Made by a program: the position numbers and the translations under genes. The notes under the pieces are model-generated. The model searched no databases. It saw only the letters and a program-made list of their open reading frames with translations, and was not told the origin of the DNA. From the IMG/VR virus record IMGVR_UViG_3300009094_000001, positions 8,579-72,578 of that record: 64,000 bases of DNA, one strand, 5' to 3'. Origin of the DNA: a virus. Below, in pieces: positions 9,426 through 18,800 of the stretch. Numbering within the stretch: position 1 is the first letter of the stretch; the number at the start of each line of letters is the position of its first letter.

Positions 9426-9994
9426 AACCGCAACCACTTCCCATACCCTCCCGCGAGTCTACAAGTCACGGACAACTAAACGCGCTGCTGTGCATCACCC
9501 AAGCGCTGCAACCCTACCTGATACTTCCGCCGCAGGAGAACATCCCCAAGGAGCCTCAACTCGACGGCGGCACCGTGGCGGCTGCCGCAACAACGTTTAT
9601 CAAAACCTGCGCCAAGATTGACGAGCTGCTCGCGGATTTGTCCCGCTGGAATCTGGAAAGCCAAGACGCGCTTTACGACGCGCTGGTGAGGACGCAGGAA
9701 CAACAACAGGCATTTTTGAAAGCCCAGACCGCCGCCGCAGAGTCGATAACGCGCCCATCTTTTCAGCTAAAGCCCGTGCTGGTGCTCGTCGATAACGGCT
9801 ACGCGGCGGTATACGGGGACTTGACAACCGGCGCGTCAGTGGTAGGGTATGGGCTCACGCCGGAGCTTGCGTTTGCAGACTTTGATGCTGCGTGGCGTCG
9901 TCAGGCAATCGAGCAAAATGTGATTTCGCCAGTGGAGCAGCCCGCGCCTCCGCCGGCAGCGCCAGAAGTAAAACCAAAGCGAAAAAAGAAATGA
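9422..9994 (+). CDS. Hypothetical protein
   Basis: ATGA-coupled ORF starting MKPQPLP. Confidence 0.6.
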   Translation: MKPQPLPIPSRESTSHGQLNALLCITQALQPYLILPPQENIPKEPQLDGGTVAAAATTFIKTCAKIDELLADLSRWNLESQDALYDALVRTQEQQQAFLKAQTAAAESITRPSFQLKPVLVLVDNGYAAVYGDLTTGASVVGYGLTPELAFADFDAAWRRQAIEQNVISPVEQPAPPPAAPEVKPKRKKK

Positions 9995-11292
9995 ATAAAC
10001 CTTGGAGCAAATACGAGGACGAAACAATACGGACGTATTCAAATAACGCGCATGCCGCCAGTGTGCTCGGCCGCACAGAAGCGGCGATACGCGGGCGTCG
10101 GCAACGTCTCGGGCTCGTGAATCCAAAAAATCCAATCAACGAAAAGGAAGTTGTGTCGGAGACCAAGTTCCAACAGGAGAAAGAATCCACACCCTCAACT
10201 TTCGAGGAGGACCTCGACACGAGTCGAAACGAATACTGGAAGCACCAGTACAAGGCCCTCGAATCGAAATACAAGCAAGCCCTCAAGCAAACTTCCGTCG
10301 TTGAACAGCTCGTGGAGCGCGCGGCAGACCTCGCCCCGCTTTCTTATCAGTGCGCCGCCCCGGAAATCAAGCCCGTGCAACATTCCGGGAACCCGCAATC
10401 CGCTGTGTTGCTGTTATCAGATACGCACGTCGGCCAAATCGTCAAGCCGAGTCAAACGCTCGGGCTCGGGCTCTATAATTTCGAGGTGTTCCTTGCGAGG
10501 CTCAAATTCGTCGAGGATTCCGTTCGCAGCATCATCGGAGACCACACCACAACCGAAGTCCCGGAGCTGGTGGTTTGCCTCGGGGGCGATATGTTGCACG
10601 GCGCACTGAATCACAGCGCCGAAGCTGCTCAGCACACCACGCTGTTTTCACAATTTTACGGAGCCGGCCACGCACTCGCGCAGTTCCTTCGCAATCTCGC
10701 GCCGATTGTGCCGAAGATTCGCATCCAAACCGCCGTTGGAAACCACCCCCGATGGGGGCACCAACACAAGATGCCGACGCACAATCGCTACTCGAATCTT
10801 GACCACTTTCTTTACGCCTACGTGCAGGCGTTGACACGGGAGATTACGTCGATTGAATGGCAGCTCGACATGCAGCCGTTCAGTCTTTTCGACGTTCAGG
10901 GATTCCGCTTTCACCTCTCGCACGGGGACCACCTTCGCGGCGGAGACAAAGCGCTCGGGATTCCGAATCACGCCGTCGGCCGTATGGTTTCTGCCAACGT
11001 GCAGCTCTTCGGAAAGCACGATTTGCCGGCCCCGCACTACTACCTGACCGGGCACCTTCACCGCGATATCGCGTTGCCGCATGCACGCGGCAGTTTCATC
11101 GTCAACGGCGGGTTCGCCGGCATCGATGGATATTCGCTGACGGAGGGATTTTCGCCGGTTGACCCAACGCAGACATTTTTCCTCGTGCATCCGAAATACG
11201 GCAGGACCGCAACGTATCCGATTCAACTCAAGTTCGCCGAAGTGCAGGAACACCGCCCTTACACGATTCCCGAGGGATATGAAATCAACTAA
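9991..11292 (+). CDS. Calcineurin-like metallophosphoesterase with N-terminal Myb/HTH-like domain
   Basis: SDTHVG, LGGDM, VGNH, HGD, GHLH motifs; N-terminal WSKYED..LGRTEAAIR. Confidence 0.85.
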   Translation: MNKPWSKYEDETIRTYSNNAHAASVLGRTEAAIRGRRQRLGLVNPKNPINEKEVVSETKFQQEKESTPSTFEEDLDTSRNEYWKHQYKALESKYKQALKQTSVVEQLVERAADLAPLSYQCAAPEIKPVQHSGNPQSAVLLLSDTHVGQIVKPSQTLGLGLYNFEVFLARLKFVEDSVRSIIGDHTTTEVPELVVCLGGDMLHGALNHSAEAAQHTTLFSQFYGAGHALAQFLRNLAPIVPKIRIQTAVGNHPRWGHQHKMPTHNRYSNLDHFLYAYVQALTREITSIEWQLDMQPFSLFDVQGFRFHLSHGDHLRGGDKALGIPNHAVGRMVSANVQLFGKHDLPAPHYYLTGHLHRDIALPHARGSFIVNGGFAGIDGYSLTEGFSPVDPTQTFFLVHPKYGRTATYPIQLKFAEVQEHRPYTIPEGYEIN

Positions 11293-11300
11293 ACAAAAAA

Positions 11301-11696
11301 ATGAAGTTATTCCACAAAAGCAAAGACGGGGGTCCAGAGTCCAACGTGACGGGCTACTGGCTTATCGAATGGAAATCGCTATTCAGCATTGCGCTGTTGC
11401 GGTTCAGCCACGGGACCCGGGAGTCCTTCCACAGCCACGCGTTCAACTGCGCGTCCTGGCTGTTGTCGGGACAACTCAACGAGGAATTCAAAAACGGCAA
11501 CGGTCCGTATTTGATTCACAAGCCGGGATTCCGGCCAATCATTACGCGCCGGAATCATTTTCACCGCGTGTTCAGTGTGGGAACTTCGTGGGTCCTAACG
11601 TTTCGCGGACCGTGGTCAAAGACGTGGAACGAGTTTGACCCGCGCACGAACAAAACAATCACCTTGGCCCAGGGGCGGAAAGTGCTGCCCTCCTAA
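11301..11696 (+). CDS. Cupin-like protein
   Basis: FHSHAF...E...HFHRV metal-binding pattern. Confidence 0.6.
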   Translation: MKLFHKSKDGGPESNVTGYWLIEWKSLFSIALLRFSHGTRESFHSHAFNCASWLLSGQLNEEFKNGNGPYLIHKPGFRPIITRRNHFHRVFSVGTSWVLTFRGPWSKTWNEFDPRTNKTITLAQGRKVLPS

Positions 11697-11700
11697 ACTT

Positions 11701-12006
11701 ATGTGGACCCGCGAAACTGCATTTCAATTCCTCGAACCGCTCGAAAAATTCCTCGCCGCGAACGGCTATCACTGCGCCCTCGGCGGCGGGGTGATGTATC
11801 GAGGTAATTCCGACAAAGACCTCGACGTTATTGTGTATCCTCACGACCGGGATAACTGCATCTTGGTGGACGTGCTTTGGGAGCGCCTGCACGGCTTTCT
11901 ATCTCCGCTCAAGTCTTTCAAATCCAAAGGAAGCTCCCGCGACAGCAAAGACGTTCGTGTGTTTTACGTATTTCAAGGGCGCATCGATTTCTTTTTCCTG
12001 AAATAA
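11701..12006 (+). CDS. Minimal Pol-beta-type nucleotidyltransferase-like protein
   Basis: LGGGVMYRGNSDKDLDVIV...IDFFF, matching hGG..DxD..D. Confidence 0.6.
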   Translation: MWTRETAFQFLEPLEKFLAANGYHCALGGGVMYRGNSDKDLDVIVYPHDRDNCILVDVLWERLHGFLSPLKSFKSKGSSRDSKDVRVFYVFQGRIDFFFLK

Positions 12007-12034
12007 TCTCAGGAGCAAACCAACCAACCACGAA

Positions 12035-12433
12035 ATGAACAAATACAAAACCCTACTGGCGCTGGCGTCCCTGCTGGCGGTTATTCCTCCGGTGCATGCC
12101 GGCGTGAAAGAAATCGGCTCCGTCAACGGGCTCCGCGTTGTCCGCATCAAGACGGCTGGCGTGTTCTGCCCTAGCACGACGACCATCGTGTGCTACGACC
12201 CGAACAAGCCGGGCACCATCGAAGGCGTCCTCAATTCAGCGGCAGGCCCCGGGTTCGTCCCGGCGGCTGCTAACGCAGGCGGTCTCGTCGGCGCAGCGGC
12301 GCTGTTGCGCCCGAACCACACGACAGTCAACAACGACGGAGGAAATTCTTCCGCGAATTCGTCGGCTTCTGGTTCCGGCAGCTCCACCACGACCGGCGGA
12401 AGCTCTGGCTGGATTCCGCCCGGACATCGCTAA
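12035..12433 (+). CDS. Secreted protein with signal peptide and Ser/Gly-rich tail
   Basis: MNKYKTLLALASLLAVIPPVHA signal peptide. Confidence 0.6.
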   Translation: MNKYKTLLALASLLAVIPPVHAGVKEIGSVNGLRVVRIKTAGVFCPSTTTIVCYDPNKPGTIEGVLNSAAGPGFVPAAANAGGLVGAAALLRPNHTTVNNDGGNSSANSSASGSGSSTTTGGSSGWIPPGHR

Positions 12434-12462
12434 AAGGCATTATGGACAATTTAACCGGCCCA

Positions 12463-12490
12463 TTGACACTTCTTGTTTGCGTCCTAGCTT
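12463..12490 (+). promoter_or_regulatory. sigma70-type promoter, leaderless
   Basis: TTGACA-N16-TAGCTT; ATG 8 nt downstream. Confidence 0.55.
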
Positions 12491-12498
12491 CCGCCATA

Positions 12499-12609
12499 AT
12501 GGCACGCCTGTCGGTCCGTGAAATGATTCGAGACGAGGTGGAAAAAGAAGCCCGGCTCACTAAAAACGGAGAGAAGGACTACGGTTCTTTGGCAGACTGG
12601 GGGCTCTAA
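12499..12609 (+). CDS. 36-aa microprotein (MARLSVREMIRDEVEKEARL...)
   Basis: Sits between its own promoter and a terminator; not in the ORF track. Confidence 0.45.
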   Translation: MARLSVREMIRDEVEKEARLTKNGEKDYGSLADWGL

Positions 12610-12632
12610 AATTCACTTCGACGGAGCGTGAA

Positions 12633-12658
12633 CGCCCCATGACGGGGCGATTTTTTTA
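12633..12658 (+). terminator. Intrinsic terminator
   Basis: CGCCCC-ATGAC-GGGGCG-ATTTTTTT. Confidence 0.7.
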
Positions 12659-12659
12659 C

Positions 12660-12687
12660 TTGACGGGGCGGTTTTCTGTAGTAAATT
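12660..12687 (+). promoter_or_regulatory. sigma70-type promoter for structured RNA
   Basis: TTGACG-N16-TAAATT. Confidence 0.6.
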
Positions 12688-12693
12688 GATGGC

Positions 12694-12917
12694 GTCGGGC
12701 AAGTATCAGAGATGCCGCGAGCCGTCCTCGGAAGAGTGACCTGAGACTGAGATGGGCGCTGCGAACCCCCGACTGTCGGTTCAAAGGCGCACATGCCGGG
12801 AAACGTTCCCGGAATTAGGATAGGATATCTACTTGCGCGTTTACGGCTGGAAGCCGTCGCGTCACGGAGGATTGGGAGATGCTATCGAGGGACGTGTGCC
12901 CCTTTGAGCCGACACCA
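12694..12917 (+). ncRNA. Unidentified two-domain structured RNA
   Basis: GTCGGG(12694)/CCCGAC(12768) closes domain 1. GTCGGTTCAAAGG-CGCAC/GTGC-CCCTTTGAGCCGAC closes domain 2, which ends in ACCA and has internal hairpins. Confidence 0.6.
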
Positions 12918-12931
12918 ACTATAACAAAAAC

Positions 12932-13384
12932 ATGAGAACTGAACTTACTGACAAAGCCAGAGATTTCGCAGTGGAAGCCCACCGTGGACAATTTCGCAGA
13001 AACCGAACTACTCCCTATATTCTCCATCCAGCGCGCGTCGCAAAACACCTAGCTTCTAGGGGCGAGTCAGAAAACGTGGTTGCGGCAGCGTGGCTGCATG
13101 ACGTTCTTGAAGACACACAGACCACCGAGATTTTCCTTCGGTCCGCTGGTTTCCCGGACCGGGTTATTCAAGCCGTCGTTGCCCTTTCCAAACGCAAGGG
13201 CGAGAATTACGACGAATATTTGTCCCGGGTGATGTTTGATGCCATCGCCCGCAAGGTTAAAATCGCCGATATCCTTGACAACATCTCGGATTCCCCTACC
13301 CCCGGCCAGATTTCTCGCTACGCCAAAGCCCTGAACTTCCTCGTCAACCACCCCGGGGCCAAAAATTCACCGATTCCCGAATAA
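12932..13384 (+). CDS. HD-domain small alarmone hydrolase (Mesh1/SpoT-HD-like)
   Basis: AHRGQFRR..PYILHP..AAWLHDVLEDT..VKIADILDN. Confidence 0.85.
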   Translation: MRTELTDKARDFAVEAHRGQFRRNRTTPYILHPARVAKHLASRGESENVVAAAWLHDVLEDTQTTEIFLRSAGFPDRVIQAVVALSKRKGENYDEYLSRVMFDAIARKVKIADILDNISDSPTPGQISRYAKALNFLVNHPGAKNSPIPE

Positions 13385-13390
13385 AATTAC

Positions 13391-13419
13391 TTGACAGACC
13401 GCCCCGGACCGTGTAATTT
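13391..13419 (+). promoter_or_regulatory. sigma70-type promoter, leaderless
   Basis: TTGACA-N17-TAATTT; ATG 6 nt downstream (13426). Confidence 0.75.
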
Positions 13420-13425
13420 AACGCC

Positions 13426-14300
13426 ATGAGCAAAACGAATCTCGTGGCAATTGAGGGAAATACTTACAGAGTCAGGGAACAACTCAAGGCACTCGGCGCG
13501 CGTTGGAACGGCGCAAACCGGTGCTGGATGATTTCGGCCGAGCGCGCGGACGAAGCCCGGGCTATCGTCATCGGCAAACCCGAACCCAAGCCGGCTGTCC
13601 AAAAGGCGGACACTAACTGGTCCGACGAACAGAAGGCGATTTTCGCGTGGTTTGCCTCGGGGACCGGCAATCTTATCGTGCAGGCGTATGCTGGCACCGG
13701 CAAAACCACCACCATCAAGGAGGCTTTCACGCACGCGCCCGAGGAGGGCCGGCTGCTTTACGCGGTGTTCAACAAGAAGAACCAGCGCGAGGCGCAGGAG
13801 AAAATCACAGACCCCCGCGTGGATGTTCGCACGCTGCACTCCCTCGGGTATTTCTTCATCAAGAACGTCTGGCGCGACGCGAAGCCGGATGACTTCGTGG
13901 AAACGGACCGCCTCGTCGCCATTGACCCGACCCTGCCCGAGGAGGTTTCCTCGCAGGTGCTCAAGCTCGTCGGATTCTGCAAAAACCTCACGACCGGGAT
14001 TCCTGAACTGAACGCCGTCCTCGAAATTGCCGACGCGCGCAACATCTCCGTGCCCGATGACATGGAGCGCGATTTTCCCCCGGCCCGAGTTGCGTCCCTC
14101 GCGATTGAAGTGCTCAAGCAATCGCTGATTAAGGACCGCTCTGGCCGGGTTTCTTTCAACGACATGGTGTGGTTGCCCGTCGCCGCCGGCTGGGTGAAGC
14201 CGACCTTTTCGCTCGTGGTGGTTGACGAGGCCCAAGACATGAACATGCCCCAGCTCATGATGGCGGAGCGCGCGTGTAAACGACGAGGGCCAAAAAGGTG
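13426..14300 (+). pseudogene. Truncated UvrD/Rep-like SF1 helicase
   Basis: Motif I AYAGTGKT, Ia VFNK, TLHSLG, II VDEAQD. Similarity stops before motif III (GD..Q.IY); the ORF runs on to 14565 out of frame over the next gene. Confidence 0.7.
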
Positions 14301-14332
14301 CTCGTCCGCGCGTGCGGAAAGGCGGGTGCAGA

Positions 14333-14602
14333 ATGAGAAATATCGACATTGCGAAAACCTACATCAAGCACGGAGAAGACTGGTTCTTCGTGTCCACCAT
14401 CAATCGGGAGTCCTCTGCGGCGATTATTCCGTCATCGTGGTATGCCGAAACGATTGTTTGGAGCACCAATGTTGCCGGGGAGAGGCAGGAACTTCTTTGG
14501 CAGGGCGACGCCTATTTCGACAGCATCAAGACTCACCAGCGCGTTGTCGAGGCGCTACACGCTAAGGGTGCGGAGGGACTTAAAGGACCGGACGACGAAT
14601 GA
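14333..14602 (+). CDS. Hypothetical protein
   Basis: MRNIDIAK..FFVSTI..YAETIVW; ATGA-coupled to the next gene. Confidence 0.55.
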   Translation: MRNIDIAKTYIKHGEDWFFVSTINRESSAAIIPSSWYAETIVWSTNVAGERQELLWQGDAYFDSIKTHQRVVEALHAKGAEGLKGPDDE

Positions 14603-14796
14603 AAACCCCTGCTCACAACCACCAGTTTGAAGTGGTGTGGCGAGGTCGCTGGTATCGACTGGGGTCTTTTTCAGACCACATCAGGCACAAAGTTGACCCA
14701 ACCGGACCGGTGCGGATACTTTTCGACAAGTTATATAATCGGACTCTCGCGCCGGCTAAAGAAATCCACATTCCCTCAAACCCATTACCAAGATGA
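14599..14796 (+). CDS. Hypothetical protein
   Basis: ATGA-coupled ORF. Confidence 0.45.
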   Translation: MKTPAHNHQFEVVWRGRWYRLGSFSDHIRHKVDPTGPVRILFDKLYNRTLAPAKEIHIPSNPLPR

Positions 14797-14993
14797 CTAA
14801 GAAAGCTCTTATCTCCCGTCTCGAAACGTTGCAAGGTGATTATCGGAAGCGAAGTCGGGAGTATTCCCGCGAAGCCGTTTTTCAACGAAAAACCTCACAC
14901 CCGTTCGAGGCGAACCGGTATGAAGGAGTCGCGATGGCGAGCCGGTGGGTCGCCGAGGATTTGGAAGAACTCCTCGACTCGGTTAGAGGATAG
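14793..14993 (+). CDS. Hypothetical protein
   Basis: ATGA-coupled ORF; last of the + strand block. Confidence 0.45.
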   Translation: MTKKALISRLETLQGDYRKRSREYSREAVFQRKTSHPFEANRYEGVAMASRWVAEDLEELLDSVRG

Positions 14994-15153
14994 TCCGGCT
15001 CGGGTCGTTCGGCACCTTGTCGTTCGCGCGGTCGAGGGCCTTCTGGCGCTCCGCCTCTTCATCGATGGCGTAGTTGAAGGGAGACGACGGCGCGGGATTC
15101 GGATGAACGGCTGTCGGAGTTTCGGGCTGGAGTTTGTTGTTTCGTTCTGGCAT
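14983..15153 (-). CDS. Small hypothetical protein (56 aa)
   Basis: MPERNNKLQPETP...; last ORF of the late block, starting just after the upstream stop. Confidence 0.45.
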   Translation of the reverse strand: MPERNNKLQPETPTAVHPNPAPSSPFNYAIDEEAERQKALDRANDKVPNDPSRTIL

Positions 15154-15156
15154 AGG

Positions 15157-15729
15157 TCAAATAACGTTTTTTAATACGGAGTTCAAGATTCTCCCGCTGC
15201 CGGGAACTGCGCCCGAAGTAGGGGAACCAATCTGCAAGTTTGCCGCCCGCTTCGTCGCGAGGGATTTCTGTGCCGCACTCGACGGAGGGCTGCCGGCAGC
15301 AACTGGAGCGCCGGGCAAAGTAGACGGCGGCTGGCCGGAAATCGCACTCTCCGCGCCCTGTTTCACCGCATCGTATTTCGGGATATCCTTCGTCAGCGTT
15401 CCGGCCTTGTCGCGTTTCTTCAACTCGTCTTGGGCCACGAATGCCGAATTATACAACACTGTGGTTTTCCCGTCGGTGCTCTTGTAGAATCCAATCCCAG
15501 ACTCCTCAAGCGGCTTGACGTTCTGCACCACGACCTGAATCTCCGGGTCCTTACGCCCGGTTTCCGCCCAGACGGCCGGCGGCGCGCCGTTCAGGATTCC
15601 CAGCATGACGGGTAATTCCAAGACCGCGTCAGGGATTCCGGCGGTTGATTCTGAGTTCGCGGGGGGCTCCTGCGGAGAGGCGAGGATATCGGTCTCGGTC
15701 GGCAGGGAGTTGTTAACGGGTTCGGCCAT
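15157..15729 (-). CDS. Hypothetical (probable virion) protein
   Basis: 190-aa ORF in the late operon. Confidence 0.65.
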   Translation of the reverse strand: MAEPVNNSLPTETDILASPQEPPANSESTAGIPDAVLELPVMLGILNGAPPAVWAETGRKDPEIQVVVQNVKPLEESGIGFYKSTDGKTTVLYNSAFVAQDELKKRDKAGTLTKDIPKYDAVKQGAESAISGQPPSTLPGAPVAAGSPPSSAAQKSLATKRAANLQIGSPTSGAVPGSGRILNSVLKNVI

Positions 15730-15732
15730 ACA

Positions 15733-15888
15733 TTAAGGTCCAGTTTTTTGCTCGCCGGTCAAGGAAAGCGTTTCGTCCTCTTGCGGGTCGGCTGGCGGAA
15801 GTATCGCCCGCGCGCCCGAGAGTAAGAGTTCCATTTCCTCGGGGGATAGCCCGAGGTCTTCGAGTTCAATTGCCTTTTTCGGGGACAT
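15733..15888 (-). CDS. Small acidic hypothetical protein
   Basis: MSPKKAIELEDLGL...; ATG at 15888. Confidence 0.45.
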   Translation of the reverse strand: MSPKKAIELEDLGLSPEEMELLLSGARAILPPADPQEDETLSLTGEQKTGP

Positions 15889-18800
15889 AAGAGGTCTCCT
15901 GTTTGAAAGTGATTCGTTGGTTGCCCGGGGAGTCTGCCGGCACGATGCGCGCGTCGGTGAATCCCTCGGATTCGATGAAAGATTGTGCTTCCGCCCGGGT
16001 ATCAAAAATAGCCGGCTTCGTCCCGCCGATGAATTCGGTAGCCCAATAGCCCCTCGTCGTGGGGCCGATTCGAGACGGGCGCTCCACGCGAACACGAGCG
16101 CGCGGTTGTATTTCTCCCGGCAAAAATTGCGTTAACTTTTTCACACCAGCAATTTCGCCCGTTTTCGGCGCAACCGCAACTTTTTTCTTTTGGATTTTCG
16201 GCTCCTCTTTTAGCTGGAATTTCCCCGGGCCGACCTTCTCCGTTTTGGCGAAGAACGTGTTGAAATCCGACTTCTCGGCCGCAGCGACGTTCTCTCCTTT
16301 CAGCCAGCCCTGTTTTTGCCAGTGGTCCTTTTCCGCGAACCACAAAATTGCTTGCAGCGCATCCGGCTGGATTCCCACCTTTTCGGCGGCATGACGAAAA
16401 GCCTTCTGGCCGAACTCAAAATCGGCGTCAGTAACACCGGTCTCGCTCTCGGGGAGAATTCTCCATCGCTTGCCGGGTTGCTCTGCGCCCATGCGATGTA
16501 ACGCACGAGCTGCCCAGATATCAATCGTCGCCTCGAACGTGTCGCCGGTAAGGTTGCCCATGAAGTTCGGAGTCTTCGGTCCGACAACTTCCTCAAGCCA
16601 GCTACCGTCGAGAACACGCAGCAAAGGCTTACTGTGCATGCCGTATCGTAGCGGCTTGCCCTCGGGATTTTTCTCCGAACGATAGGGGGTCAGCTCATTC
16701 TTCTCAATCCACCAGTTCAGGAAATGTCCGCGAGTTGCCTGCTTGACTTTCGGCCCGGTTAATTTCTTGCCCGTGTCGTCGAGATATTCTTGAATATCGC
16801 CAGTTGCCCACTTCTGTTTCCCCTCGCGATATTTTTTGAGGATATCATCGAACGCACCCGCCTTGAACTGATTGTAGGCGTCGAGTGCGTATTTGAAATT
16901 CTGTTTTACATCCGTCTGCGGAGACGTTGCGCCGAGCAGCTCCGCAAAAAGCTTGCTGTCGTCGCCGAAAAGTTCCACCAGTTTTTTGCGCGCGAGCGAA
17001 TACCACGTAACGCCGGACGAGATTTCCGGGATATCCTTGATGCTGTTGTAATACTCCGCCAGCTTGTCGCCAAGCGCGGTAGCAGCCGCTTCGGTTGCCG
17101 CCTTACCTTCTTTTCCCTTGGACGCTTGCTTCGCTAGCTGTGTATCCGCAAAGTTGTAAACCTCAAGCTGACGACCGAGCTGCCCGCCATAAACAACCTT
17201 CGGCGAGCCGTCGTCGTTATACACGAACTGCGGAATTTTCGCCTCGGGGAATTTGATTTCCGCGTTGTCTTGGACTTCCTTGATGAAGGCTTTTTGTTCC
17301 TTCGGCGTCATTTCTGCAACCGGCAGGAACGCCCCTCGCAAAGACTCAACCCCCTCAGAAATTTTCCCTGCACGTTCGGCACCCTCCACGTCGAACAAAC
17401 TCGTGCGGAACGAATCCACGACTTGTCCCTTGTCATTCAGCAGTGAAACCGAAAGCCGGTCGATGCTGTCCTCTTGGTCTAGGAGTTGGTCAAGGATAGC
17501 TTTGCGCTGTTTCCCCCAGTGCTTCGCATTCACCTCGACGTGCGCTTCTCCCGTGCCCGACTCGTAACGGATGCGCGAAAACCCGGCGTTGAGTGCCGCT
17601 AGGCGTTCCTCCACGTCAGGGCTATCAGAAAACTTCGTGCCGAATTTCTTGTTGAGGTTCGTCGAGTTCTCGGCGAGGTATTGTTCGTGATACGATTGCG
17701 ACAGCGGGACAAATTCCTTGTTCGGCAGCACCCATCCAGTGAGCTTCGTTTCCGTTTTCTTGGGTTCAACGTTGTATTTCGAGAAGTCCACCTTCTCCAA
17801 ATCCCGCTTCGGCTTGCGCGGGAGGAACTCCGGCTCTTGACCGGGGATGTTCGGCTTTTCGATAATAACTTCCCCGTCGTAAGTAACCGACTTGTTAGCG
17901 CGAAACGCGATATCCTCGGCTGTCTGTCGTGCGATTCGACTCAGCTCCGCCGTTCCGTTTAGGTAGACCTTGTTGAGAGTATCATTCACTCCTCGAATCC
18001 AGCCGGAGGATTCCATCTGGTCGTAAATCTGGGCGGCATCCGAACCGGAAGGAACTCCGCCTAGGTCGCGCGCAGCTTCGACATGTCCTTCGGGGGCGAG
18101 CAACACCTTGCCGGTTTCTGCGTTCAGCCAAAATTGCGGCGTCGTTCCTTTCGTTCGGATGAAATCTGCACTCATCGCAGAGATTCGTCCCTGTTCAGGG
18201 GTTTCCAGATACCGAGGAAGTTCTTCCACCGGCTCTGCTTTCCTGCGAGGCAAAAACTCCACGCCCTCGCTGGGGAACGGCGGCTTGTAATCCGGGTTTA
18301 CGTATTTCCGAATCATCCCCGTCTTGCCGCCCTCTCCGGTCGCTGCCTCGATTGCCTCTTGGAAGAACTGGGCCTTGATGGAGCTGGCCCCGGCTGCGTC
18401 TATATCTCCCTTCGCGATGTCCTCTTTGAAGGTTGCGCGCTGCTCTCTTGCAAGCTCTCGGAGAGTTTCAATATCAGCGAGAGATTTAACATTCTCCCCG
18501 ATTTCATATGCCTTAAGAGTGAGGCTTTTTCCCCACTCTTTAATTTTGGCTTGAAACCCCGGCACGTCGAGGTTTCGTAAGTCGTCCCCGATTTGTTGAA
18601 TTGACTGTTCATTGGGTAAAAATCCGCCGCGAATCACGTCCGTAACCGGGGCTTTGAAATTCAGGTCCGTCCTAGGCTTCACGCTCGCGATATCTTTCGC
18701 GCGGATACGCTCCGTCACGTCGAGAAGTTCTCGCACGCTGACTCCCCGCGCGGACAGCTCGTTTCGCAGCGGGTTGACCTCTTTGAGGGACCGGCCCGGA

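Noticed and set aside
12835-12865. SRP RNA or ykkC/ppGpp riboswitch assignment for the structured RNA
   Set aside because: A GGAA-containing loop and CACGGAGG/GGGAG fragments are present, but the conserved cores of either family are not.
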